A program made the position numbers and the translations under genes. The notes beneath the pieces were generated by a model. It saw nothing but the letters and a program-made list of their open reading frames with translations, did no database searches and had not been told where the DNA came from. From a bacterium (lineage in GTDB: Bacteria > Patescibacteriota > Gracilibacteria > UBA4473): DNA of 64,000 nucleotides. Shown piece after piece: positions 1 through 8,766 of this stretch; position 1 is the first letter of the stretch; each line of letters opens with the position of its first letter. The stretch covers positions 4,782-68,781 of the forward strand of contig JABGQW010000014.1 of assembly GCA_018648585.1 (NCBI GenBank), given 5' to 3'.

Positions 1-919
1 GCACGTTTGGAATTTGAAAAATTTTATTCTGGCGAATGTGATTTTGAATTGCGTAATTATTGGTCAAAATTTCGTACGCGAGTGTCAATTTTCCGTCGAC
101 CGTCGGCACAAGTCGCTGCGAGACAATCATTGAAAGTGTCGACGCGAGCTGCGAACGCACTTGTTCTTGCTGCTCGGGCGCAAAAACGTCGATGATTCGC
201 GCAACCGTTTGCGGTCCGTCGTTTGTGTGCAACGTCGAGTACACGACGTGCCCCGTCTCCGCCATCGTGAGCGCAGACGAAATTGTTTCGTGATCGCGCA
301 TTTCGCCCACCATTAAAATGTCCGGATCTTCTCGCAATCCCGCTTTGATTCCGTCTTTGAAATTCGCAACATCGCGCCCAACTTCTCGTTGCCGCACGAC
401 GCTAGTTTTTGATTTGAGAATGTACTCGATCGGATCTTCGATCGTGATGATGTGCTCCGTTTTTTGCTCCATTTTTTCTTTGAGAATCGATGCGAGCGTC
501 GTACTTTTTCCCTGGCCAGTTGGTCCCACGACTAAAATGAGTCCATTTTTTTGTTTCAGCATTCGCTCAAAAACAAATTTTGGAAATCCGAGCGTTTCAA
601 ATTTTCGAATTTCTTGCGGAATGATGCGGAACGAAACCGCGATTCCCGATTCTTCAAAAAATGCATTTCCGCGGAGCCGAATTTTGTCCTGAACCTTTAC
701 GACGAAATCGGTCTGTCGCTGTTCCTGCAACTGTTTTTTATTTCGTTCTGGCAAAATACTCATCAACAAATCCTGAATTTGCTGATTTGTCAGTGGTTCT
801 CCCTGCGGAACCGGCTGCAGTTGCCCGCTGATGCGAAAATACGGCGGCATTCCCACCGCCAAATGAATGTCTGACGCGTTCGATTGAACCGCCCCGACGA
901 CGAGTTTTTCGAAATCCAT
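1..919 (-). CDS. pilT: Type IV pilus retraction ATPase PilT (3' end runs off the window)
   Basis: Not in the ORF track; translated by hand from ATG at 919: MDFEKLVVGAVQSNASDIHLAVGMPPYFRI...GPTGQGKSTTLAS (Walker A)...ITIEDPIEY...LREDPDILMVGEMRD...AETGHVVYSTLHTN. Confidence 0.93.
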   Translation of the reverse strand, partial: MDFEKLVVGAVQSNASDIHLAVGMPPYFRISGQLQPVPQGEPLTNQQIQDLLMSILPERNKKQLQEQRQTDFVVKVQDKIRLRGNAFFEESGIAVSFRIIPQEIRKFETLGFPKFVFERMLKQKNGLILVVGPTGQGKSTTLASILKEKMEQKTEHIITIEDPIEYILKSKTSVVRQREVGRDVANFKDGIKAGLREDPDILMVGEMRDHETISSALTMAETGHVVYSTLHTNDGPQTVARIIDVFAPEQQEQVRSQLASTLSMIVSQRLVPTVDGKLTLAYEILTNNYAIQNHIRQNKIFQIPNV

Positions 920-998
920 TTTTCACAAAATTTAAAAAAATACTATTCCGCCACAGAATAACAAATTTTCAAAAATGCAACGAATTTTTATAATTTTT

Positions 999-1334
999 TC
1001 AAACTTTAAGCGTCTCATCCGATTTCGCCTTCAAAATTTGATCACAGGCATCGCCCACTGTTCTTATTTTCTCTTCGGCTGCATCCTCAATTGCACAACC
1101 AAATTCACGTTGAAGTTCCATCGAAAGCTCTACCGTATCGAGCGAATCCGCGCCCAAATCATTTAAAAAACTTGCCTCCTCCGTCACCTCGTTTTCATCC
1201 ACTCCCAATTTATCAACCACAATCGCTTGCACTCTGTTGAAAATTCCTGTTCGGATTTCTTTTTCGGACGATCCTTCTTTTTTTCTTAATTTTCGTTCCA
1301 GCACGTTTTCTGTTTCCGGCAAAGAAATTGTCAT
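999..1334 (-). CDS. acpP: Acyl carrier protein with a ~28 aa N-terminal extension
   Basis: [12 protein letters not shown] phosphopantetheine attachment motif; [13 protein letters not shown] and KIRTVGDA are typical of ACP. Confidence 0.9.
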   Translation of the reverse strand: MTISLPETENVLERKLRKKEGSSEKEIRTGIFNRVQAIVVDKLGVDENEVTEEASFLNDLGADSLDTVELSMELQREFGCAIEDAAEEKIRTVGDACDQILKAKSDETLKV

Positions 1335-1453
1335 TTTTTCTAAAAAAAGTATTTCTGAAAACCTTTTAAACTTTTTGACAAATTTTGCAAGTTTTTTCTC
1401 GACTTGTTTTTTCGGTGAAAAATTTTAAAATCCGCAAGAATTTCTCAGAGAAA

Positions 1454-4093
1454 ATGGGAGTACAACAAATTTTCGACAAAATCGCTGGCGCGTACAACGA
1501 TCGCCAGGTAAAAAAACTGGAAAAGTTTGTTCCGCAGATCAACGCGGAAGAACTCGCACTGCAAAAACTTTCCGACGACGAATTGAAACAAAAATTTGCC
1601 ACGTGGAAAATCGAACTCACCGCAAATCCAGAAAAAGTCGATGAAAAAATGGTCGACATTTTTGCCGCGGTAAAAAATGTGTGCCGCCGGCTCGTTGGAA
1701 AAAAATTCGAAATCCGCGGAAAAGATCAAGAATGGCAAATGATTCCGTACGACGTGCAACTTGTCGGGGGAATCGTGCTGCACCAGGGAAAAATTGCCGA
1801 AATGAAAACCGGCGAAGGAAAAACGCTCGTGTGCACGCTGCCAGTGATTTTGAACGCACTGACCGGGCGCGGCGTCCACGTGATCACGGTGAACGATTAT
1901 CTCGCGCAACGCGACTCGGAGTGGATGGCGCCGTTGTACGAATTTTGTAATTTGACGACGAACGTGATCGTCCACGGAAAAACAAACGAGGAACGACGAA
2001 CCGCGTACAAATCCGACATCACGTACGGAACCAACAACGAATTTGGATTCGATTATTTGCGCGACAACATGGCGCAGGCAAAAGAAGAACTCGTGCAGCG
2101 CGATTTAAATTTTGCAATCGTGGACGAAGTCGACTCAATTTTGATCGACGAAGCGCGAACACCGCTAATTATTTCAGCGCCCGCGGAGGAAAGTACTGAA
2201 AAATATAAAAAATATTCGCGGCTCGTTCCGCAGCTCGTGGAAAATGTCGACTACAACATCGACGTAAAAATGAAAGCCGTCACGCTCTCCGAAGTTGGCG
2301 TAACAAAAATGGAAAATTTGCTCGGGATCAAAAATATTTACACGGAAGCGGGATTCGACGAAGTGCACCACATCGAAAATTCGTTGAAAGCGCACATCGT
2401 TTTTGAAAAAGATCGCGACTACGTCGTCCGCGACGGACAAGTCATCATCGTCGACGAATTCACCGGACGAATGATGCCGGGACGGCGATATTCCGACGGA
2501 TTGCACCAATCGCTCGAAGCGAAAGAAAATGTGGAAATTCAGCGGGAATCGAAAACGCTCGCGACGATCACATTTCAAAATTATTTCCGATTGTACAAAA
2601 AACTCGCGGGAATGACCGGAACCGCCGAAACCGAAGCGGAAGAATTTGCGAAAATTTACGCGCTCGACACGATCGTGATTCCGACGAACAAACCGACAAT
2701 TCGCCAGGATTTGCCAGACAAAATTTTTAAAAATGAACACGGAAAATTCGTCGCGCTCGCGCAGGAAGTTGAAAAATTGCACAAAAATGGACAGCCCGTT
2801 TTGGTGGGAACGGTTTCGATTGAAAAATCTGAAGCACTCTCAAATTTATTGAAATCGAGCGGAATCAAACACGAAGTTTTGAACGCAAAATTCCACGAGC
2901 GCGAAGCCGAAATCGTCGAACACGCGGGACAACCCGGCGTCGTCACGATCGCGACAAATATGGCGGGACGCGGAACCGACATCAAGCTCGGCGCCGGCGT
3001 GGTGGAAAAAGGTGGACTGGCGATTCTCGGAACGGAGCGACACGAATCTCGCCGCATCGACAACCAACTCCGCGGACGCGCCGGACGACAGGGAGATCCC
3101 GGATTAACGCAATTTTATGTGGCGATGACCGACGAACTGATGCGCCGATTTGGTGGAGCGCGGATGAGCGGAATGATGGAAAAATTGGGAATCGGCGAAA
3201 CCGAAGCGATTGAAAATAAAATGATCAGCAATTCTGTTCGCAACGCGCAGAAAAAAATTGAAGCGTTCCATTTCGACGCGAGAAAACACGTCGTGCAGTA
3301 CGACGACGTGATGAACGTGCACCGAGAAAAAATGTACGAACGGCGTCGCGCGATTTTGTTCGCGGAAAATATGGACGATGAAATCGAAAAAATCACAGAA
3401 AATTTTGTACGGGAAATCGTAAAAACGCACTGCCCGCATCCGACGATCGATCGCGACGCAGATCTCGACGAAATTTCAGAAACTTTTTCCGCGATCATTC
3501 CGCATCCGAATTTCAAAACAGAAATTTTGGGGAAATTCAACAATCAAGAACGTTTGGTCGCGCACGCAATTCAAACAATTTTGGAAACGTGGCAAGTGCG
3601 AAAAAAAACGTTCCCGACCGACGACATAAATTCGATCGCGCGGTACGTGATTTTAAAATCGTTCGACGAACTCTGGCTCGACCACATAAACGAAATGACG
3701 AGTCTGCGAGATCGTGTTTCTCTGTCGGGGTACGCGCAAAAAGATCCCGTGATGGAGTACCGCCGCGAGGGATTTTTGATGTTCAAAAAAGTGCTGTTCG
3801 AAGTTCGCCGCATCGCAATTTCAAATTTATTTCGCGTCCAAGTTTCGTCAAATTTTGCGATGGAAAAAACCGATTATTCTGCCGCAAAAACCAACGCCGA
3901 CCAAATCGAAGAAACGCTCACCAGCGGACTCGCCGCAGAAAAAACGCGCGAAAATCACCACCGCTCGGAACATCCAGGAAAATCGATGGCGACAGAAAAA
4001 TTGGGAAAAAAATACGACGGCGTCGGGCGCAACGATCCGTGTCCGTGCGGCAGCGGGCAGAAATTTAAAAAATGTCACGGAAAAAATCTATAA
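1454..4093 (+). CDS. secA: Preprotein translocase ATPase SecA
   Basis: EMKTGEGKT, DEVDSILIDEARTPLIIS, ERHESRRIDNQLRGRAGRQGDPG and C-terminal GRNDPCPCGSGQKFKKCHG; start taken at ATG 1454. Confidence 0.98.
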   Translation: MGVQQIFDKIAGAYNDRQVKKLEKFVPQINAEELALQKLSDDELKQKFATWKIELTANPEKVDEKMVDIFAAVKNVCRRLVGKKFEIRGKDQEWQMIPYDVQLVGGIVLHQGKIAEMKTGEGKTLVCTLPVILNALTGRGVHVITVNDYLAQRDSEWMAPLYEFCNLTTNVIVHGKTNEERRTAYKSDITYGTNNEFGFDYLRDNMAQAKEELVQRDLNFAIVDEVDSILIDEARTPLIISAPAEESTEKYKKYSRLVPQLVENVDYNIDVKMKAVTLSEVGVTKMENLLGIKNIYTEAGFDEVHHIENSLKAHIVFEKDRDYVVRDGQVIIVDEFTGRMMPGRRYSDGLHQSLEAKENVEIQRESKTLATITFQNYFRLYKKLAGMTGTAETEAEEFAKIYALDTIVIPTNKPTIRQDLPDKIFKNEHGKFVALAQEVEKLHKNGQPVLVGTVSIEKSEALSNLLKSSGIKHEVLNAKFHEREAEIVEHAGQPGVVTIATNMAGRGTDIKLGAGVVEKGGLAILGTERHESRRIDNQLRGRAGRQGDPGLTQFYVAMTDELMRRFGGARMSGMMEKLGIGETEAIENKMISNSVRNAQKKIEAFHFDARKHVVQYDDVMNVHREKMYERRRAILFAENMDDEIEKITENFVREIVKTHCPHPTIDRDADLDEISETFSAIIPHPNFKTEILGKFNNQERLVAHAIQTILETWQVRKKTFPTDDINSIARYVILKSFDELWLDHINEMTSLRDRVSLSGYAQKDPVMEYRREGFLMFKKVLFEVRRIAISNLFRVQVSSNFAMEKTDYSAAKTNADQIEETLTSGLAAEKTRENHHRSEHPGKSMATEKLGKKYDGVGRNDPCPCGSGQKFKKCHGKNL

Positions 4094-4096
4094 TTT

Positions 4097-4525
4097 TTAC
4101 GGACACAGCACGGAAGAATTTTGTTTGAGACAGGTTTGGTCGATGTGTTCTTGTGTGTTTTTCAATTCGGAATTCACATTTTGCAACGTGGAAATCATCG
4201 TTTTAATTTTTTCAATGTGTGCCGCAACATTTCGATCCATCTGCAACATTTCCCCCGGAATCAAATTTTTTTCGTCGTCAAATTTCCCGACCAATTTCGC
4301 GTGCTGTTCGGTTTCCCACGTTTCAAAATTTTGTTGTAAAAAATCACTCGCCGACTCTTTTTTTTCAACATCTGAAAATCGCGGAAAATTGGTGTGAAAT
4401 TCGTCGAGTCCCTCCGACAACCACGCGTCGTCGAACACGGAGGCGCGAAAGTTTTCTGCGGAGAAAAATACAACGCCCGCCAGCACAAAAATTCCCACGA
4501 AAACGATGAGAAAAACTTTTTTCAT
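4097..4525 (-). CDS. Hypothetical exported or membrane-anchored coiled-coil protein
   Basis: MKKVFLIVFVGIFVLAGVVFFSA N-terminal hydrophobic segment; ATGA overlap with upstream stop; C-terminal Cys pair. Confidence 0.75.
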   Translation of the reverse strand: MKKVFLIVFVGIFVLAGVVFFSAENFRASVFDDAWLSEGLDEFHTNFPRFSDVEKKESASDFLQQNFETWETEQHAKLVGKFDDEKNLIPGEMLQMDRNVAAHIEKIKTMISTLQNVNSELKNTQEHIDQTCLKQNSSVLCP

Positions 4526-5712
4526 TCTTGTGGTTTTTGAAGAAATGTTGTGAACCACTGATTCCACAATTTCGTATTTTCAAGCATCACAGAAAACACC
4601 GTGTTCAAATTGTCGAGCGAGTTGTCGATCTGCACCGCATTTTTTTCCACGCTATTTTTGCGCAGCACGGTTTTGAAATTTTGGATCGTTTTTTTGAAAA
4701 TATTTTCTCGATTTTTGCGAATATTTTCCAACGATTCGTGCGCCTCCGTTTTGGACTGCGAAAAAATCGATTCCAGCCGAATCCGCCAATCTTCGGTTTG
4801 CTGGTCCACCATCGCCGCGGATAAAATTCCTTCGAGTTCGTGCCCAAACTGCGCAAGTTTTGAAGTTTCCATTCCGATCGGAACCACCGGCGCGTACGGA
4901 GATTCGCTGGCCTGAAACGACTGCCCGCTGCCACCAAAAATCCCGCCGGCGAACGGAAGTTCCCACATTTCTTTCGTCGCCATTCCCGCCACGAGCGAGT
5001 GCGAATTTAAATTTTGAAAAATTTTCGTAATTTCCTGGAGCGACGCCGCGACTGACTGATCGGTCGAAGAAAATTCTGTTTTTGACGGCTGCTGCGATTC
5101 CCGCTGATCGAGCCACGTTTCGAAGTCTGTGTCGTAATTTTCGGGATTGGAAATGATGTCGGTTTTTGGTTTTTTTGAAAATTCTGGATCGGGCTGCTCC
5201 GCTTTTTCGCCAAACAAAATCGAATCAATTTTATTGAGATCCGTGATCACGTCGAACGGAGAATTCGCGGTTTGGTCGCCCGCGTCGCCGTCGGAGAAAA
5301 TCAGTGCCAAACTTCCGGTCAGCGCAAGAAAATTTTCCTGGCGCAGCAGCGATCGCTCGAGATCGAAACGATCCGAAACAAAATTTCGAAAACTCGAGTA
5401 GCCACTTTTTCCAGAAGTTCCCTGCGGCCGAAATCCGGGAACGCCGCCGTCGCCGATTTTTTCAAGATCAGAAATTGTCACCAGTTGCGATTCGTCCGAG
5501 CACAAAATTTCTGACGACTGGCACACGCGTTCGAGCAAAATTTCCTCATTTTCTTCGTGCGTGTGATCGTAAATTTTTTGGTACAATCCGAAAAATCCAG
5601 AAATTTCAAGCGCGCTGTCAGGATTTTCAAAAACGCGATCCGGATAAAATTCTGCCTGCGCCGTTCCGCAAATCGCGAGAAAAATAAAAAGCCAGCAAAA
5701 TTTTTTCATCAT
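4522..5712 (-). CDS. Hypothetical secreted protein
   Basis: 396 aa ORF with signal peptide MKKFCWLFIFLAICGTAQA; ATGA-coupled on both sides. Confidence 0.8.
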   Translation of the reverse strand: MMKKFCWLFIFLAICGTAQAEFYPDRVFENPDSALEISGFFGLYQKIYDHTHEENEEILLERVCQSSEILCSDESQLVTISDLEKIGDGGVPGFRPQGTSGKSGYSSFRNFVSDRFDLERSLLRQENFLALTGSLALIFSDGDAGDQTANSPFDVITDLNKIDSILFGEKAEQPDPEFSKKPKTDIISNPENYDTDFETWLDQRESQQPSKTEFSSTDQSVAASLQEITKIFQNLNSHSLVAGMATKEMWELPFAGGIFGGSGQSFQASESPYAPVVPIGMETSKLAQFGHELEGILSAAMVDQQTEDWRIRLESIFSQSKTEAHESLENIRKNRENIFKKTIQNFKTVLRKNSVEKNAVQIDNSLDNLNTVFSVMLENTKLWNQWFTTFLQKPQE

Positions 5713-6491
5713 TTTGAGGCGTTGATAAATTTCGCAGAAAATTGGTCAAAATCCTGGAGAAAACTTTGAAAATGCGTTTGCGAATCGTTGAGTTCCATCC
5801 GCAATCCGACGCTCCACGCGTGCAGCTGGTACTGCTCGAGGAAATTTGTGTAAAATGACAACATCACCGCCAACGATTCCGCAGATTTTTTTTGTTCGCG
5901 ATCGAACGCGCGCTGCCAGATTTCGAAATCGGACAACAATTCCGCGCGATTTCCCGTCGGATTTTCGTGGGAAAAAGAAACCGTGTCCCGCGATTTTGCC
6001 GATAAAAATTGCTGGTACCCGCACCACTCGCGCAGCGCGATTTCCGAAATCATGCACGCAGAATAATTCGGTTGATCGGCGCAAAAATCGACCGGTTTTT
6101 TTGGCAAAACAATCGTGCAATTTTCAGAATTTTCGAAATTTGCACCGCGAATTTTTTGCAATTCTGCCCGAACATTTTCTTGTTTTTCACTGGAAGAAAA
6201 CGCGATCACATTTTCGTCTGTCTGCGCGACCGCCGTCCGCATCGCTTCGTCAAAAAAACAGCTCATCCCCGCGTGGTACCGCGCAGAAACAATTTCCAGC
6301 GTTTCGTCGAGCGAGTACGAATTTTTATTTCCGCACAACTCGCGCACCAATCCGGCATGTTTTTCGCCCGCAAAACTTTCCCACGGAAAAAGTCGTTCGC
6401 GCACCGTCGGATCGAGATCTGCAGAAATTTGAAAAAAAGGAGTCAGAATCGCTCCGAGAAAAATTCCCGCAAAAAGTTTTTTTATTTTCAC
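5709..6491 (-). CDS. Hypothetical secreted Cys-containing protein
   Basis: GTG start 6 nt after TGgTACAAT; signal peptide MKIKKLFAGIFLGAILTPFFQISA; six Cys. Confidence 0.8.
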   Translation of the reverse strand: MKIKKLFAGIFLGAILTPFFQISADLDPTVRERLFPWESFAGEKHAGLVRELCGNKNSYSLDETLEIVSARYHAGMSCFFDEAMRTAVAQTDENVIAFSSSEKQENVRAELQKIRGANFENSENCTIVLPKKPVDFCADQPNYSACMISEIALREWCGYQQFLSAKSRDTVSFSHENPTGNRAELLSDFEIWQRAFDREQKKSAESLAVMLSFYTNFLEQYQLHAWSVGLRMELNDSQTHFQSFLQDFDQFSAKFINASK

Positions 6492-6492
6492 G

Positions 6493-7623
6493 TCAAAATT
6501 GTACCACCTCGCGGTAGATTTTCAACGTCGCATCTGCGGAAAAATCCCAACTAAATTTTTTGACACGCTCCGCTCCCCGCGCGACCAAATCCGCCGCGAG
6601 TTTTGGATTTTCTAAAATTTCAGAAATTTTCGCCGCCATTTCCTCCGTATTTTTGGGGTTGAAAAAAAGTGCCGCGTCGCCACAAACTTCCGGAATCGCG
6701 GACGAATTCGACGCTGCGACCGGCGTCCCGGCCGCCATCGCTTCGAGCGGCGGAAGTCCGAAACCTTCGTAAAAACTGGGAAAAACGTACACCGCGGCGG
6801 CGGAGTACAATTTTTGGAGATCGGCAAAATCGACAAGTCCGACAAATTTTACCGATTTTTCGAGATTTAAATTTTTCACGGTTTCCAAAACTTCCGGATA
6901 ATTTGGATCCTGTTTTCCAGTAATCACTAAATTTAAATTTTTAATTTTTAATTCTTCATTTTTAATTCGCGCAAATGCGCGCAAGAGTCCGACCAAATTT
7001 TTGTGTTCGCGCCAGACGCCGGTGTACAACAGAAATTTTTCCGGCAGATCGAATTTTTTTCGGATTTCAAAATGCTCGGATTCCGAGCGCGGAGAAAATT
7101 CATTTCCGATCCCGTTCCAGATCGGCGTAATTTTTTTCGGAGAAACTCGAAACAACTTTTCAACGTCTGCTGCGGTGTTTTTCGAAACGGTGATCACTTT
7201 TTTTGATCGGAAAATCGCGTTCGAAATCACGATCCGGTACGCAATTTTTCGCCACCAGCTGCTGAATTTTTTTCCCGGGAAAAATGAAATCGTCGTGTCG
7301 TGAATCGTGACGACAAATTTTCCGCGGTACAAAATCGGCACGTTAAAATGTGTGAAATGCACGAGATCACATTTTTCGCGATTGAGAATTTTGAGAAAAT
7401 GAGTCTGCTCCGCGAGCGAATAATGTGGCGCGTTGACGCAAATTTTTCGGACATTTTTTGGAAAATCGAACTGCGAAAATTGCGGTTCGTTCAAAAACAA
7501 AACCCACTGCACATCCGGAAATTTTGAGAAAAATCGGCGCGTCAGTTCAAAATTGTACCGCCCGATCCCGGTGAACGCGTCGGAAAACATTCGCGCGTCG
7601 ATGCCGATTTTGACAGGTTTCAC
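6493..7623 (-). CDS. Glycosyltransferase family 4 (GT-B)
   Basis: IGIDAR...TGIGRY, VVTIHD, HKNLVGLL, FPSFYEGFGLPPLEAMAAGTPV. Confidence 0.95.
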   Translation of the reverse strand: MKPVKIGIDARMFSDAFTGIGRYNFELTRRFFSKFPDVQWVLFLNEPQFSQFDFPKNVRKICVNAPHYSLAEQTHFLKILNREKCDLVHFTHFNVPILYRGKFVVTIHDTTISFFPGKKFSSWWRKIAYRIVISNAIFRSKKVITVSKNTAADVEKLFRVSPKKITPIWNGIGNEFSPRSESEHFEIRKKFDLPEKFLLYTGVWREHKNLVGLLRAFARIKNEELKIKNLNLVITGKQDPNYPEVLETVKNLNLEKSVKFVGLVDFADLQKLYSAAAVYVFPSFYEGFGLPPLEAMAAGTPVAASNSSAIPEVCGDAALFFNPKNTEEMAAKISEILENPKLAADLVARGAERVKKFSWDFSADATLKIYREVVQF

Positions 7624-7769
7624 GCGCGCAGTGTACGGAGAAAAATTAAAAATGAAAAATTAAAAATGCAGAATTTTCAAAAATTTTGTCATCGCGAATG
7701 AAACCAAACAATCTCAGTCAAAAAGCGAGTTGATTTTTTCTGGAAAAAAAGTAGAGTCCTCCTCGCTGC

Positions 7770-7845
7770 GGCGGACGTAGCTCAGTGGTAGAGCAGCGGA
7801 TTGTGGTTCCGCTGGCCGTGGGTTCAATCCCCATCGTCCGCCCCA
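7770..7845 (+). tRNA. tRNA-His (GTG)
   Basis: G-1 plus GCGGACG/CGTCCGC acceptor stem, C73, encoded CCA; anticodon arm GCGGA-TTGTGGT-TCCGC; T-loop TTCAATC. Confidence 0.96.
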
Positions 7846-7848
7846 TTT

Positions 7849-8727
7849 TTATTTTTGAAAATCTTCAATCGCGTTTTTCTCGCACCACGAGCGAACTTTT
7901 TCTGCGTACGGATCGCCGAGCGTGAAAGTTTTTGCGCCGAATTTTTTTGCCAAAATCAAAAAATGCAGCCGCTGCCCGATCGCGATTTCCACGGAACTGA
8001 AAAGAGCAATCGCCTCGCTCGCTGTCTCGGGAAAAATAGTTTTTCCGTCCCAATTTTCCGGAGAAAAACGCGCGTCACCGGGTTCCATCGCGACGAAAAT
8101 TTTTTCGTGATCGGGGAAGTTTTTCAGAATTTTAGAAAAATCTGCGCGCGCACGAGAATTGATCAAAACTCGTTTTTTCTTTTTTTCAGCGCCAGAAATT
8201 TTCCAGGATTCGACACGATCGCCGACGACCAAACTTTCGATTTTCAATTTTTTCAAAACCGCTGCGGACGCGGCATCTCGCACGGAAATTTTCGAAATCC
8301 CGCGGAGTGATTTTTTCAAAATTGCGCGCTGCAAAAAATTCTGCGGCTCGTCGATTCCCTGATTTTCGAGAAAAATTTCAGCGTCGGGAAAATATTTTTT
8401 CAGCCAAAAAATCGTCGCGCCCCAAATCCAAAACGCGCGGCTGCGAATCGCGAAAAGTCCCCCGCCGGGAAAAATAATTTTGGAAACCTGTCCGCGCAAA
8501 ACTCGAAGTTCGCGGCGAAATTCTTTTTTCAAAAAAAACGAGAAAAAACTCCGCAACCCACTCGGAAACGGTTGAATCGTTTCAAATGTTCGTTCGGAAA
8601 ATTTCTGCGAAAATTCCGCGTCCGCCGTCGCGACGATCGCGTCCGAAAATTTTGACAGCGCGGCGGCGAGGATCAGTTCGTCCCCGACGTTTCGCGCCCC
8701 GAAGTTTCCGATCAGGAGAGTTTTCAT
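7849..8727 (-). CDS. Polysaccharide pyruvyl transferase (CsaB-like)
   Basis: GNFGARNVGDELI, FPGGGLF, ISVRDAAS, IGQRLHFLI motifs. Confidence 0.88.
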   Translation of the reverse strand: MKTLLIGNFGARNVGDELILAAALSKFSDAIVATADAEFSQKFSERTFETIQPFPSGLRSFFSFFLKKEFRRELRVLRGQVSKIIFPGGGLFAIRSRAFWIWGATIFWLKKYFPDAEIFLENQGIDEPQNFLQRAILKKSLRGISKISVRDAASAAVLKKLKIESLVVGDRVESWKISGAEKKKKRVLINSRARADFSKILKNFPDHEKIFVAMEPGDARFSPENWDGKTIFPETASEAIALFSSVEIAIGQRLHFLILAKKFGAKTFTLGDPYAEKVRSWCEKNAIEDFQK

Positions 8728-8766
8728 GCAAAAAAAATAACGATTTTTCGGAAATTTGTAAAATCT

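Noticed and set aside
60-692. Plus-strand ORFs 60..293 and 318..692, and the many similar short ORFs in the track
   Set aside because: They are antisense or alternate-frame shadows of real genes (here pilT); the genome's codon style leaves opposite frames open
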